Positions 1-8,455 of a stretch of 64,000 bases of DNA are shown one piece after another. Below the pieces are notes generated by a model that saw nothing but the letters and a program-made list of their open reading frames with translations, did not search any database and was not told the origin of the DNA. How positions within the stretch are numbered: position 1 is the stretch's first letter; every line of letters starts with the position of its first letter. The stretch is from Brumimicrobium ulvae (GTDB lineage Bacteria; Bacteroidota; Bacteroidia; Flavobacteriales_D; Crocinitomicaceae): assembly GCA_947504225.1 (NCBI GenBank), contig CANNGT010000003.1, forward strand, positions 56,288 to 120,287, given 5' to 3'. The position numbers and the translations under genes were made by a program.

Positions 1-259
1 ATTTCAAACGAAAAAACGGCATTGCAAAATTCTGTAAATGATCGGTTACAACAATTTTCGACCAAATATCTTTAAACGAAAGCACTAATTCAGGGGAAAT
101 GGCAATGCGATTTGAAATTATATCCCCATTTTCAATTCCTTCAATAATCGCCAACAACAAAACAGGTTTATGCGGAGCGTCTCCTCTTTTTTTATTCCTG
201 TCTCGCCTTAACTTCTTAAGCTGAAATAGGTACTTCGATAATTCCTCATTGCTTTCCAT
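1..259 (-). CDS. Partial (runs off the window): putative restriction endonuclease N-terminus, COG3440 / SBD-HNH-like
   Basis: Not in the ORF track. Manual translation from ATG at 259: MESNEELSKYLFQLKKLRRDRNKKRGDAPHKPVLLLAIIEGIENGDIISNRIAISPELVLSFKDIWSKIVVTDHLQNFAMPFFRLK. The APHKPxLLL and PFxxL motifs are typical of this family; the HNH domain would lie outside the window. Confidence 0.7.
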   Translation of the reverse strand, partial: MESNEELSKYLFQLKKLRRDRNKKRGDAPHKPVLLLAIIEGIENGDIISNRIAISPELVLSFKDIWSKIVVTDHLQNFAMPFFRLK

Positions 260-513
260 AGCTTTCACAATAATACAAATTAATTGAGAATTCTCCCTCT
301 CCCTCCCGATTCATCGGCTCCCCTGCCCCGACGAAACCAGAAAGCTTGGCGAACACAAAACCTATTTGAACACGCAAAGAAAGAGCGACTTTAGAAGCTC
401 CTTTGTTTGGGTTGTTTCAAAAGGATTTGGGGAGGCAACTTGGCGGTGTAGGCGGAAATAGGCTCAAAAAAAATAGATGATAAATTACTTCTGTTTCTGT
501 TGAGGTTCTCTTT

Positions 514-592
514 GTTCTCGATACAAATTACTTCACTGCGTTACGTAGTTCACTCGAACTGACGGGAACGATACAGCACGTTAGTTCGAGTA
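514..592. repeat. REP-like palindromic element
   Basis: CACTCGAACTGAC (551-563) is inverted against GTTAGTTCGAGTA (580-592) and preceded by GTTCTCGATAC (514-524). Resembles Flavobacteriales intergenic repeats (from recall, not searched). Confidence 0.5.
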
Positions 593-811
593 CCGCCGCT
601 GACTGAATCTATATTACCAACTGAATTATGGCGTTTCTATCTTACCTGACTTATATTGTTATCATTTTCTCTCCACTCTGCCTAAAGTTATAGATCAGCT
701 CTCTACAATTAAATTACTACTTTCTTGAATTTTATGTTTATCAAGTTAACTTTGGAGCAGAGTGAAAACAGTGAATAACATGTCTAAAATTATCCCCTTA
801 AAATTAGAAAT

Positions 812-1738
812 ATGAATACAAATGTAGATGTGAACGATATAGTTCAAAATCTTTACGAACAGATAAAGAACAGTGAAGACAAAGGAAGCTTAGCATCTTA
901 CATTCCTGAATTAGAAAATATAGATTCAACGCTTTTTGGTGTACACATCTCAACGATTGACAATTCAAATTTTGGAGTGGGAAATTGTTATGACAAGTTT
1001 TCCATTCAAAGTATTGTCAAGGTATTATCCCTCATTATGGCGTATGACTTACTCGGCGAAGAATTATGGACAAGGGTAAAAGTGGAACCTTCTGGAACAC
1101 CTTTTAACTCACTGATTCAACTTGAAGTAGAGAATGGAATTCCGAGAAACCCATTCATAAATGCTGGAGCGCTTGTTATTGCTGATGTTCTATTAAATAA
1201 CTTAAAGAACCCTAAAGAAGATTTCCTGAATTTTGTAAGAAACCTTTCTGATAGCAAAGACATTACGTATTCTTCAAAAATAGCCAGTTCTGAAAAGGAA
1301 GTTGGATATAGAAATGCAGCTTTATGCAATTTAATAAAGTCATTCGGAAACATAGAAAACGAACCTTCTGATGTACTTGACTTCTACTATGATCTTTGTT
1401 CACTTGAAATGAGTTGCGAAGAACTCTCCAACCTGTTTTTATTTTTAGCCAATGACGGCTTTACCTTAACGGAAAGAAAACAAATACTTACCCGAAGTCA
1501 AACCAAAAGAATAAACGCCTTAATGCAAACCTGCGGCTTTTACGATGAATCTGGAGACTTCGCTTTCAAGGTAGGACTTCCTGGAAAAAGTGGCGTCGGC
1601 GGTGGAATTGTGGCAGTACATCCAAAACAATACGCCATTGCTGTTTGGAGTCCGAAATTAAACGCCAAAGGAAATTCATATAAAGGAATGCGCTTTCTTG
1701 AAGAGTTTACAACAAAAACCGAATCTTCGATATTTTAG
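812..1738 (+). CDS. glsA: Glutaminase
   Basis: 308 aa; ASYIPEL, FSIQSIVK (SxxK), PRNPFINAGA and GLPGKSGVGGG motifs. Confidence 0.95.
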   Translation: MNTNVDVNDIVQNLYEQIKNSEDKGSLASYIPELENIDSTLFGVHISTIDNSNFGVGNCYDKFSIQSIVKVLSLIMAYDLLGEELWTRVKVEPSGTPFNSLIQLEVENGIPRNPFINAGALVIADVLLNNLKNPKEDFLNFVRNLSDSKDITYSSKIASSEKEVGYRNAALCNLIKSFGNIENEPSDVLDFYYDLCSLEMSCEELSNLFLFLANDGFTLTERKQILTRSQTKRINALMQTCGFYDESGDFAFKVGLPGKSGVGGGIVAVHPKQYAIAVWSPKLNAKGNSYKGMRFLEEFTTKTESSIF

Positions 1739-1935
1739 AGTGGTTGAAGAGAGCATGGTTTTGAATAAAATGTGCAGCTTTAGTTCCTATGTGTTTTAGC
1801 TATCCGAGATCACAGAATAGTTATTATATTGTCATGAATTAACAATGATGGAACTAATACTCTTTGGGCAAAGCGCCTAGAGGCATTCATTTGGTGAGAA
1901 AATGCCAAAGGAGTTGATCAAAAAAAACAAATATT

Positions 1936-2907
1936 ATGAAAGGAATACTGACAGTATTATTACTGATTTTTACGCTTACAATTTACGGACAAACTGCGGA
2001 AGAATACTTGGAAAAGGGCATAGAAAAGCATGAAAAACAAGATTTCAAAGGCGCTATTAAAGAATATTCTAAGGCCATAAAAGCAGATAAAAGCAACAAA
2101 CTCGCGTATTACAACAGGGGTTCTTGTCAGTTGGCGCTCAAAGAATATAAGTCAGCAATGGCTGATTTTGACAAAACGATTAAGTTGGACCCCAATTTTG
2201 TAAAGGCTTATTATAGTCGTGCAACTGTTTTTGCGAGTCAACAAAAGTACCTAGAAGCATTACCGGATTTGGACAAAACGATAGCATTGGATCCGTCGAC
2301 TCCAAACGCTTTAACTTTGAGAGGACAGATTCGTGCACAAACTGGTAGACAAGAAGAAGCATGCCTAGATTTTAAACGTGCTTTAGAACTAGGTGAAGCA
2401 CAAGCTGAACAGTATTTGATTCAATTTTGTGGGGGTGAAGTTCAATCTACCGAAACTTTATTGCTTGAATGGCCCGAAGAAGAGAATTGGAAAGTAGGCA
2501 GCGAGCAAGAATCTGGTGAGATAACGTTAGTTGAGTACATTCATGCTGATGAATCCTTAGAAGATTGGACTGAGTTTGGAAGTATGATGACCGTTAAAGG
2601 AGCAAAAAACGTTCCTATGGACAAGGCCATGAACATGATGATTGAACAGGCCAAGAAAATGGCTCCGAAGGCAAAGTTAACGTTCATTGAGAAAGATGAA
2701 TCGGCCGAATACCCATGGATTATTTTCATCATTGAATCTCCAGAATACAACATTGACAATACACCAGAATCACAACTCTGGTATGTCGTTCAAGGAAAAA
2801 CTTCCCTGTTCATGAATTTCAGGGCTATAAAAGAAGCCAAAATACCAACAGAACTTCAAGATAAGTGGATGCAGTTCTTTAAAACAGCAAGGATTGTAGA
2901 ACAATAA
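1936..2907 (+). CDS. Secreted tetratricopeptide-repeat protein with an unassigned C-terminal domain
   Basis: Signal peptide, about 4 TPRs (AIKEYSKAI, AMADFDKTIKLDP, ALPDLDKTIALDP), then a non-TPR domain of about 155 aa. Confidence 0.8.
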   Translation: MKGILTVLLLIFTLTIYGQTAEEYLEKGIEKHEKQDFKGAIKEYSKAIKADKSNKLAYYNRGSCQLALKEYKSAMADFDKTIKLDPNFVKAYYSRATVFASQQKYLEALPDLDKTIALDPSTPNALTLRGQIRAQTGRQEEACLDFKRALELGEAQAEQYLIQFCGGEVQSTETLLLEWPEEENWKVGSEQESGEITLVEYIHADESLEDWTEFGSMMTVKGAKNVPMDKAMNMMIEQAKKMAPKAKLTFIEKDESAEYPWIIFIIESPEYNIDNTPESQLWYVVQGKTSLFMNFRAIKEAKIPTELQDKWMQFFKTARIVEQ

Positions 2908-3071
2908 AAGTGTGCTTATTGATTGTAATGAGGAGGCTATATTCGTCTTGGGGAATTCAATAGGACATGGCCCTCTCCTCTTCTCATTAATTTTTCACGC
3001 CATTTTATCTTTGATTAAAGGAAGAGTGCTTATCCTTTACATTAAAAAGGTTTGTTCTAATTGTTGAAAGA

Positions 3072-3133
3072 AGCCGTTAAAACGGCTAAGCTTATAATGT
3101 TTTAAATTATTGAATGCGGGATGAATCCCGCAT
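3072..3133. repeat. Pair of intergenic hairpins (REP/REPIN-like)
   Basis: AGCCGTT-AA-AACGGCT (3072-3087) and ATGCGGGA-TGAA-TCCCGCAT (3114-3133). Confidence 0.5.
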
Positions 3134-3277
3134 CAATAGGTGATTGATGTTTTTAACCACTTTTATACTTAAAACGTTGAATAATCCTAACTCAGATTGA
3201 CAAGTATTTGTGCTTAATCCACAACAATTGGTCTTGATTCATCTTGATCCGCTATAGAGGCTATACAACACAAAACC

Positions 3278-3321
3278 CCATAAAAGACAAAACCCCTAAG
3301 ACATTGATACATCTTAGGGGT
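3278..3321 (-). terminator. Direct repeat copy A (44 bp), intrinsic terminator downstream of the GIY-YIG gene
   Basis: CCATAAAAGACAAAACCCCTAAGACATTGATACATCTTAGGGGT, identical to 3715-3758. Stem ACCCCTAAGA/TCTTAGGGGT with a U-rich tail on the minus strand. Confidence 0.85.
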
Positions 3322-3389
3322 TTTTCTGACGTTACAGTCTGAATTCCGACCGAAGCGTCGGAACTCTCCAGCCATAGAGGCGTTAAAAT

Positions 3390-3644
3390 TCACACCTTAT
3401 ATCTATCTATAAACTCTAACAATCGTTCTCTATTTAAATTCTTTAGCTTTCTCTCTAAAACAATAGCTTCTGAACGCGTATTTTTTTCTAGAATTAAAAC
3501 TTTCACCCAAGGTAAATAATGTTTGGTGGACTTTACTTTTCCTGAGTTATGCGTTGAAATTCTATTTTCAAGATTTTGTGTTTGTCCAATGTAATATTTA
3601 TTAAACTTTGGACTGAATAAGATGTACGTGCAATATTGATTCAT
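3390..3644 (-). CDS. GIY-YIG nuclease family protein (small, stand-alone)
   Basis: 84 aa; YCTYIL...YYIGQT...RISTHN...EAIVLERKLK. Confidence 0.9.
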   Translation of the reverse strand: MNQYCTYILFSPKFNKYYIGQTQNLENRISTHNSGKVKSTKHYLPWVKVLILEKNTRSEAIVLERKLKNLNRERLLEFIDRYKV

Positions 3645-3714
3645 GGTGGTGATTTATGGTTCTCTATTTAAGATAAACAAAAAACTCACATAAAAACCAT
3701 CTAAAGACAAACTT

Positions 3715-3758
3715 CCATAAAAGACAAAACCCCTAAGACATTGATACATCTTAGGGGT
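3715..3758 (-). terminator. Direct repeat copy B (44 bp), intrinsic terminator of tRNA-Asp
   Basis: Identical to 3278-3321; lies about 35 nt downstream of the tRNA 3' end. Confidence 0.85.
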
Positions 3759-3794
3759 CTCTATTCCTCCAGCCATAGAGGCGTTTTGTAAATG

Positions 3795-3868
3795 CGGTCT
3801 GGACGGGACTCGAACCCGCGACCCCCTGCGTGACAGGCAGGTATTCTAACCAACTGAACTACCAGACC
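3795..3868 (-). tRNA. tRNA-Asp(GUC)
   Basis: GGTCTGGTAGTTCAGTTGGTTAGAATACCTGCCTGTCACGCAGGGGGTCGCGGGTTCGAGTCCCGTCCAGACCG: acceptor stem GGTCTGG/CCAGACC, anticodon GTC, T-loop TTCGAGT; CCA is not encoded. Confidence 0.97.
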
Positions 3869-4034
3869 AAAATCTATATATCTTCTTTCGAAGGTGCTGA
3901 CGACAGTCAACTATAGTTAATGTAAATTAACTACTAAATTTTGTATTGTTCACTTGCTTTCGCAATTTACTTTTTTTATCTTTTCTTGTTTTCCTTACCG
4001 TTGTAAGGGCCTGTGTTGTTTCGTTAGGCGAGTG

Positions 4035-4064
4035 CAAATATAGAGAACTTTTTTACATCCGCAA
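4035..4064 (-). promoter_or_regulatory. Bacteroidota housekeeping promoter for the tRNA-Asp transcript
   Basis: Minus strand TTGCG (4064-4060) then TATATTTG (4042-4035), matching the -33/-7 TAnnTTTG consensus. Confidence 0.7.
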
Positions 4065-4334
4065 TGCTTTTTTTGAAAAAAAATAATCTTTTTTTTATCT
4101 TTCATGAAAGAGTCTTGAAATTCAGTCTTTTAAGTTTTGTCTTTTTTTGAGTTATTTCAAACGATTATAATGCTTTCCTCAAATGAACGTCAAATGGTAC
4201 AGTTGATAAAATGATTTCTAATTTGAAAAACCCAATTGCTCATCATTAAATTTAACTTTAGAAAATACAAAAGCAGTAACGAAATTCGCTACTGCTTTTG
4301 TGATTTTATTCTTTGGAGTATACCTCCTTTAAAA

Positions 4335-4589
4335 TTAATCTTCTTTTACTTCTTCATAGTCGACATCCTCTGCATCGCGGTAACCTCCTTCTACAATATG
4401 AACTTTTCCTTTCTCATTCGCGCTTTTTTCTTTCGCCTTTTTGAATGCATCATTGTTCTGATTGTAACGCTTTTCTTCATCTAAATTGCGTTTTGCTACT
4501 AGTAATCGTCCAATAAACCGAACAATTACAAAAACAGCAATGATGATTAAAATCATTCTAACAGTACCCGTCACGCTAAGTAAAACCAT
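4335..4589 (-). CDS. Small hypothetical membrane protein
   Basis: 84 aa; N-terminal hydrophobic helix and acidic C-terminus (EDVDYEEVKED); 8 bp downstream of carB. Confidence 0.7.
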   Translation of the reverse strand: MVLLSVTGTVRMILIIIAVFVIVRFIGRLLVAKRNLDEEKRYNQNNDAFKKAKEKSANEKGKVHIVEGGYRDAEDVDYEEVKED

Positions 4590-4597
4590 GTTCGGTG

Positions 4598-7414
4598 TTA
4601 TTTAGATAAATATAAATTACGTTCAGCAAATATTTTCGTAAAGAAAGGATCTTTCAAGTCCTTAATAAAGTGAATTGCTTCTCCCGTTGATTTCATCTCA
4701 GGTCCTAATTCTTTATTCACATTAGGGAATTTATTGAATGAGAAAACTGGAATCTTTATCGCATAACCTTCTTTACGTGGACGGAAATCAAAGTCTGTCA
4801 CCTTATTTTCTCCTAACATTACTTTGGTTGCATAGTTTACATATGGTTCATCGTAAGCTTTCGCAATGAAAGGAACTGTACGAGAGGCTCTAGGATTGGC
4901 TTCAATTACATATACCTTATCGTTTTGAATTGCAAATTGAATATTAATTAATCCAACCGTTTCTAATGCTACTGCAATTTTCTTGGTGATGTCTTCGATT
5001 TGTTGCATCACAAGATCTCCTAAGTTGTACGGAGGTAAAACACCATACGAATCACCTGAATGAATTCCTGCAGGTTCTATGTGTTGCATTACTCCAATAA
5101 TGTATACGTTCTCACCATCACAAATAGCATCGGCTTCTGCCTCTATTGCTCCGCCTAAAAAGTGGTCCAATAAAATTTGGTTTTCAGGCATTTCATGAAG
5201 AATATCTACAACATGGTGCTCAAGCTCTTCTTTGTTGATCACAATTTTCATTTTCTGACCTCCTAAAACATAAGAAGGACGAACCAACAATGGGAAACCT
5301 AAGTCGTTTGAAAGTTCTAATGCTTGTTCAGCACTTTCTACTACACCAAATTGTGGATAAGGTACGTCATTATCCTTCAACAACTGTGAAAATCGTCCTC
5401 TGTCTTCGGCTAAGTCAAGGGCGTCATAACTCGTACCCATAATTTTTATGCCATAACGCTCTAGTTTTTCCGCTAATTTCAAGGCTGTTTGCCCCCCTAG
5501 CTGAACAATCACACCTTCTGGTTTTTCATGACGAATAATATCATAAATGTGTTCCCAGAATACAGGTTCAAAGTACAACTTATCTGCAGTATCGAAGTCT
5601 GTTGAAACGGTTTCAGGGTTACAATTGATCATGATGGTTTCATACCCTGCCTCTTTGGCAGCCAATACACCATGTACGCATGAGTAATCGAATTCAATTC
5701 CTTGTCCAATTCTATTCGGACCAGAACCTAAAACAACGATTTTCTTTTTGTCAGTAACTTCACTCTCATTTTCCAATTCAAATGTTGAGTAATAATATGG
5801 TGTTTGCGCTGGAAACTCTCCGGCACATGTATCTACCATTTTATATACACGTTGAATTCCAAACGCTTCTCTTTTGGCATATATTTCTGACTCCAAGCAA
5901 CGTAATAAATGCGCTACTTGACGGTCAGCATATCCTTTTTGTTTGGCTTCGAAAAGCATTTCTTTTGGAATACTGTCCAATGAGAACTTCTCGATTTTAC
6001 GCTCTAATTTGATCAAATCTTCGATTTGACGCAAGAACCATTCATCGATTTTTGTTTTCTCTTGAATACGTTTAAACGGAATTCCTAGTTTAATCGCATC
6101 ATAAATATGGAAGAGTCTGTTCCAGCTTGGGAACTCTAAACTTTCTAAAATTTGATTTTGGTCGGTGATTTCTTTTCCATCTGCTCCTAAACCATTCCTA
6201 CCAATTTCTAAGGATTGACAAGCTTTCTGTAGTGCTTCTTGGAAAGAACGACCAATTCCCATTACCTCACCTACAGATTTCATTTGAAGTCCTAATTTAC
6301 GGTCTGCTCCTGGGAATTTATTAAAGTTCCAACGTGGGATCTTTACAATTACATAGTCCAAAGTCGGCTCAAACAAAGCTGAAGTTGTTTTCGTAATTTG
6401 ATTGTCTAATTCATCTAATGTATATCCAATCGCTAATTTTGCAGCAATCTTCGCAATAGGGTAACCCGTTGCTTTAGACGCTAATGCTGATGAACGTGAT
6501 ACACGAGGGTTAATTTCAATGGCAATGATTTTCTCTTCAGCATCTGGAGAAACAGCGAACTGAACATTACATCCTCCCGCGAAATTCCCTACAGAACGCA
6601 TCATCTTAATGGCCATGTCACGCATCTTTTGGAAGGTGGTGTCTGACATTGTCATTGCCGGAGCAACAGTGATTGAGTCTCCTGTATGCACTCCCATTGG
6701 ATCGAAATTCTCGATAGAACAAATAATTACAACATTATCGTTTTTGTCTCGCAACAACTCTAATTCATACTCTTTCCATCCCATTAAAGCTTTATCAATC
6801 ATTACTTCGTGAATTGGAGAAGCATGAAGACCAGCGTCTAATAAATTATCAAACTCATTTTCATCATACACCACTCCTGCTCCTGCTCCACCTAAAGTGT
6901 AGGAAGATCGAATACACAATGGAAAACCAAATTCTTGTGCAACACTTTTTCCTTCTAAGAAAGATTTCGCTGTTTTTTGCGGAGCCATTGGAACGTCAAT
7001 ATCTTCCATCAGGTTACGGAATGCCTCGCGGTTCTCAGTAATTTCAATAGCCGCAATGTCAACTCCAATGATGTCTATATTGTTCTCCTCCCAAATTCCT
7101 AGCTCATCACATTTGATGGCTAAGTTCAAAGCTGTTTGCCCTCCCATTGTTGGCAAAACTGCATCAATGTTATGGTTGGCTATAATTTCTCGAATGCTCT
7201 CAGGTTCTAGTGGTTTTAGATAAATATTATCTGCGACTACTTTATCGGTCATGATGGTCGCTGGATTCGAATTGATCAATGTGACTTCTATTCCTTCTTC
7301 TCTCAAAGATCTCGCTGCTTGCGATCCTGAATAATCAAATTCACAGGCTTGACCAATTACAATAGGTCCACTTCCAATAATTAAAACTGACTTAATTTTC
7401 TCGTTCTTAGGCAT
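4598..7414 (-). CDS. carB: Carbamoyl-phosphate synthase large subunit (short form without MGS domain)
   Basis: GSGPIVIGQACEFDYSG, two ATP-grasp halves, GSGPNRIGQGIEFDY, EMKSTGE near the C-terminus; 938 aa. Confidence 0.97.
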   Translation of the reverse strand: MPKNEKIKSVLIIGSGPIVIGQACEFDYSGSQAARSLREEGIEVTLINSNPATIMTDKVVADNIYLKPLEPESIREIIANHNIDAVLPTMGGQTALNLAIKCDELGIWEENNIDIIGVDIAAIEITENREAFRNLMEDIDVPMAPQKTAKSFLEGKSVAQEFGFPLCIRSSYTLGGAGAGVVYDENEFDNLLDAGLHASPIHEVMIDKALMGWKEYELELLRDKNDNVVIICSIENFDPMGVHTGDSITVAPAMTMSDTTFQKMRDMAIKMMRSVGNFAGGCNVQFAVSPDAEEKIIAIEINPRVSRSSALASKATGYPIAKIAAKLAIGYTLDELDNQITKTTSALFEPTLDYVIVKIPRWNFNKFPGADRKLGLQMKSVGEVMGIGRSFQEALQKACQSLEIGRNGLGADGKEITDQNQILESLEFPSWNRLFHIYDAIKLGIPFKRIQEKTKIDEWFLRQIEDLIKLERKIEKFSLDSIPKEMLFEAKQKGYADRQVAHLLRCLESEIYAKREAFGIQRVYKMVDTCAGEFPAQTPYYYSTFELENESEVTDKKKIVVLGSGPNRIGQGIEFDYSCVHGVLAAKEAGYETIMINCNPETVSTDFDTADKLYFEPVFWEHIYDIIRHEKPEGVIVQLGGQTALKLAEKLERYGIKIMGTSYDALDLAEDRGRFSQLLKDNDVPYPQFGVVESAEQALELSNDLGFPLLVRPSYVLGGQKMKIVINKEELEHHVVDILHEMPENQILLDHFLGGAIEAEADAICDGENVYIIGVMQHIEPAGIHSGDSYGVLPPYNLGDLVMQQIEDITKKIAVALETVGLINIQFAIQNDKVYVIEANPRASRTVPFIAKAYDEPYVNYATKVMLGENKVTDFDFRPRKEGYAIKIPVFSFNKFPNVNKELGPEMKSTGEAIHFIKDLKDPFFTKIFAERNLYLSK

Positions 7415-7596
7415 TCCAATTTTTCTTTATGCTTATGATGTAAAAGCGTGATACAAATTGAACGCAAATTTAATTCATTTTTACTACTTTTATAGGTATG
7501 CACAGGATATTTATGGCTATTTTTTGACATAAATTGGAATCCCTAAAACTGTTTTAGTTATTATTTTACTTTTTCAGCAATCAGATATCAGTACAA

Positions 7597-8427
7597 ATGG
7601 AAAGAAAAATCGAAAGTGTTACCTTGCAAGACCTCAAACTTTCTTATGAAGTTTATGGGGAAGGAAACACTGTAATCCTTTGCTTTCATGGGAACGGCAG
7701 GTCCGCAGAAGACTTTAAATTTTTAGAAAGAAAGACACGAAAAATAATTTCCATTCACTTGTTTTTACATGGCTACTCCACCTTTTCTCCTAGTAGAATT
7801 CATGAAGACTTAATCACCTCGAAAGATGTTGAAAAATTGTTGGAAAAATTATTAACAAAAGAAAAAGTAGACCGTTTTCACTGGGTGGCATATTCTCAAG
7901 GTGGACGATTTACATTAAGTGCTTTTCCTGCTTTTGCCCACAGGGTAAAAAGTTTGTTTTTAATTGCTCCGGATGGATTGGATGATAAAAACTTTTACAG
8001 TTGGACCCAGCGACAATGGTTTACACGAAAACTATTCCAACGCTGGGTAAATAAACCGCATGAATTGATGAATATTTCTCGAGGGTTGGCCAAAGTAAAA
8101 ATAATTGACCCGAAAATTGTTACTTTCTTGAATTTCTATACTTCTGATCATGAGAAGTTTGAAACTGCATACAAAACATGGAGTGCTTTTAGAGATTTAA
8201 GACCCTCTGATGAAGAAGTAAAAGCCACTTTAGAAAAATACAATGTCCATTTCAACCTTATTATTGGTGAATATGACAAAATCATTACCCCGAAAAGTGC
8301 TACTCAATTTTTAGAGAAAATTAACCAGCAAGAAGCCTTAACGAAAATTCCTTTTGGTCATGATGTATTTAAACCCCATATCGAAAAAGAACTTTTGGCT
8401 TTGATGCCTTTTGAAGAGCTTGATTGA
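7597..8427 (+). CDS. Alpha/beta fold hydrolase
   Basis: FHGNG oxyanion motif, AYSQGG nucleophile elbow, GEYD and GHD acid/His motifs. Confidence 0.8.
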   Translation: MERKIESVTLQDLKLSYEVYGEGNTVILCFHGNGRSAEDFKFLERKTRKIISIHLFLHGYSTFSPSRIHEDLITSKDVEKLLEKLLTKEKVDRFHWVAYSQGGRFTLSAFPAFAHRVKSLFLIAPDGLDDKNFYSWTQRQWFTRKLFQRWVNKPHELMNISRGLAKVKIIDPKIVTFLNFYTSDHEKFETAYKTWSAFRDLRPSDEEVKATLEKYNVHFNLIIGEYDKIITPKSATQFLEKINQQEALTKIPFGHDVFKPHIEKELLALMPFEELD

Positions 8428-8455
8428 TCTTTATAAGAAGCTAAACAATCTTAGT

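Noticed and set aside
3325-3384. Second tRNA after the GIY-YIG gene
   Set aside because: Only a hairpin and a 7/9 match to the acceptor 3' strand; no cloverleaf, D-arm or TTC loop.
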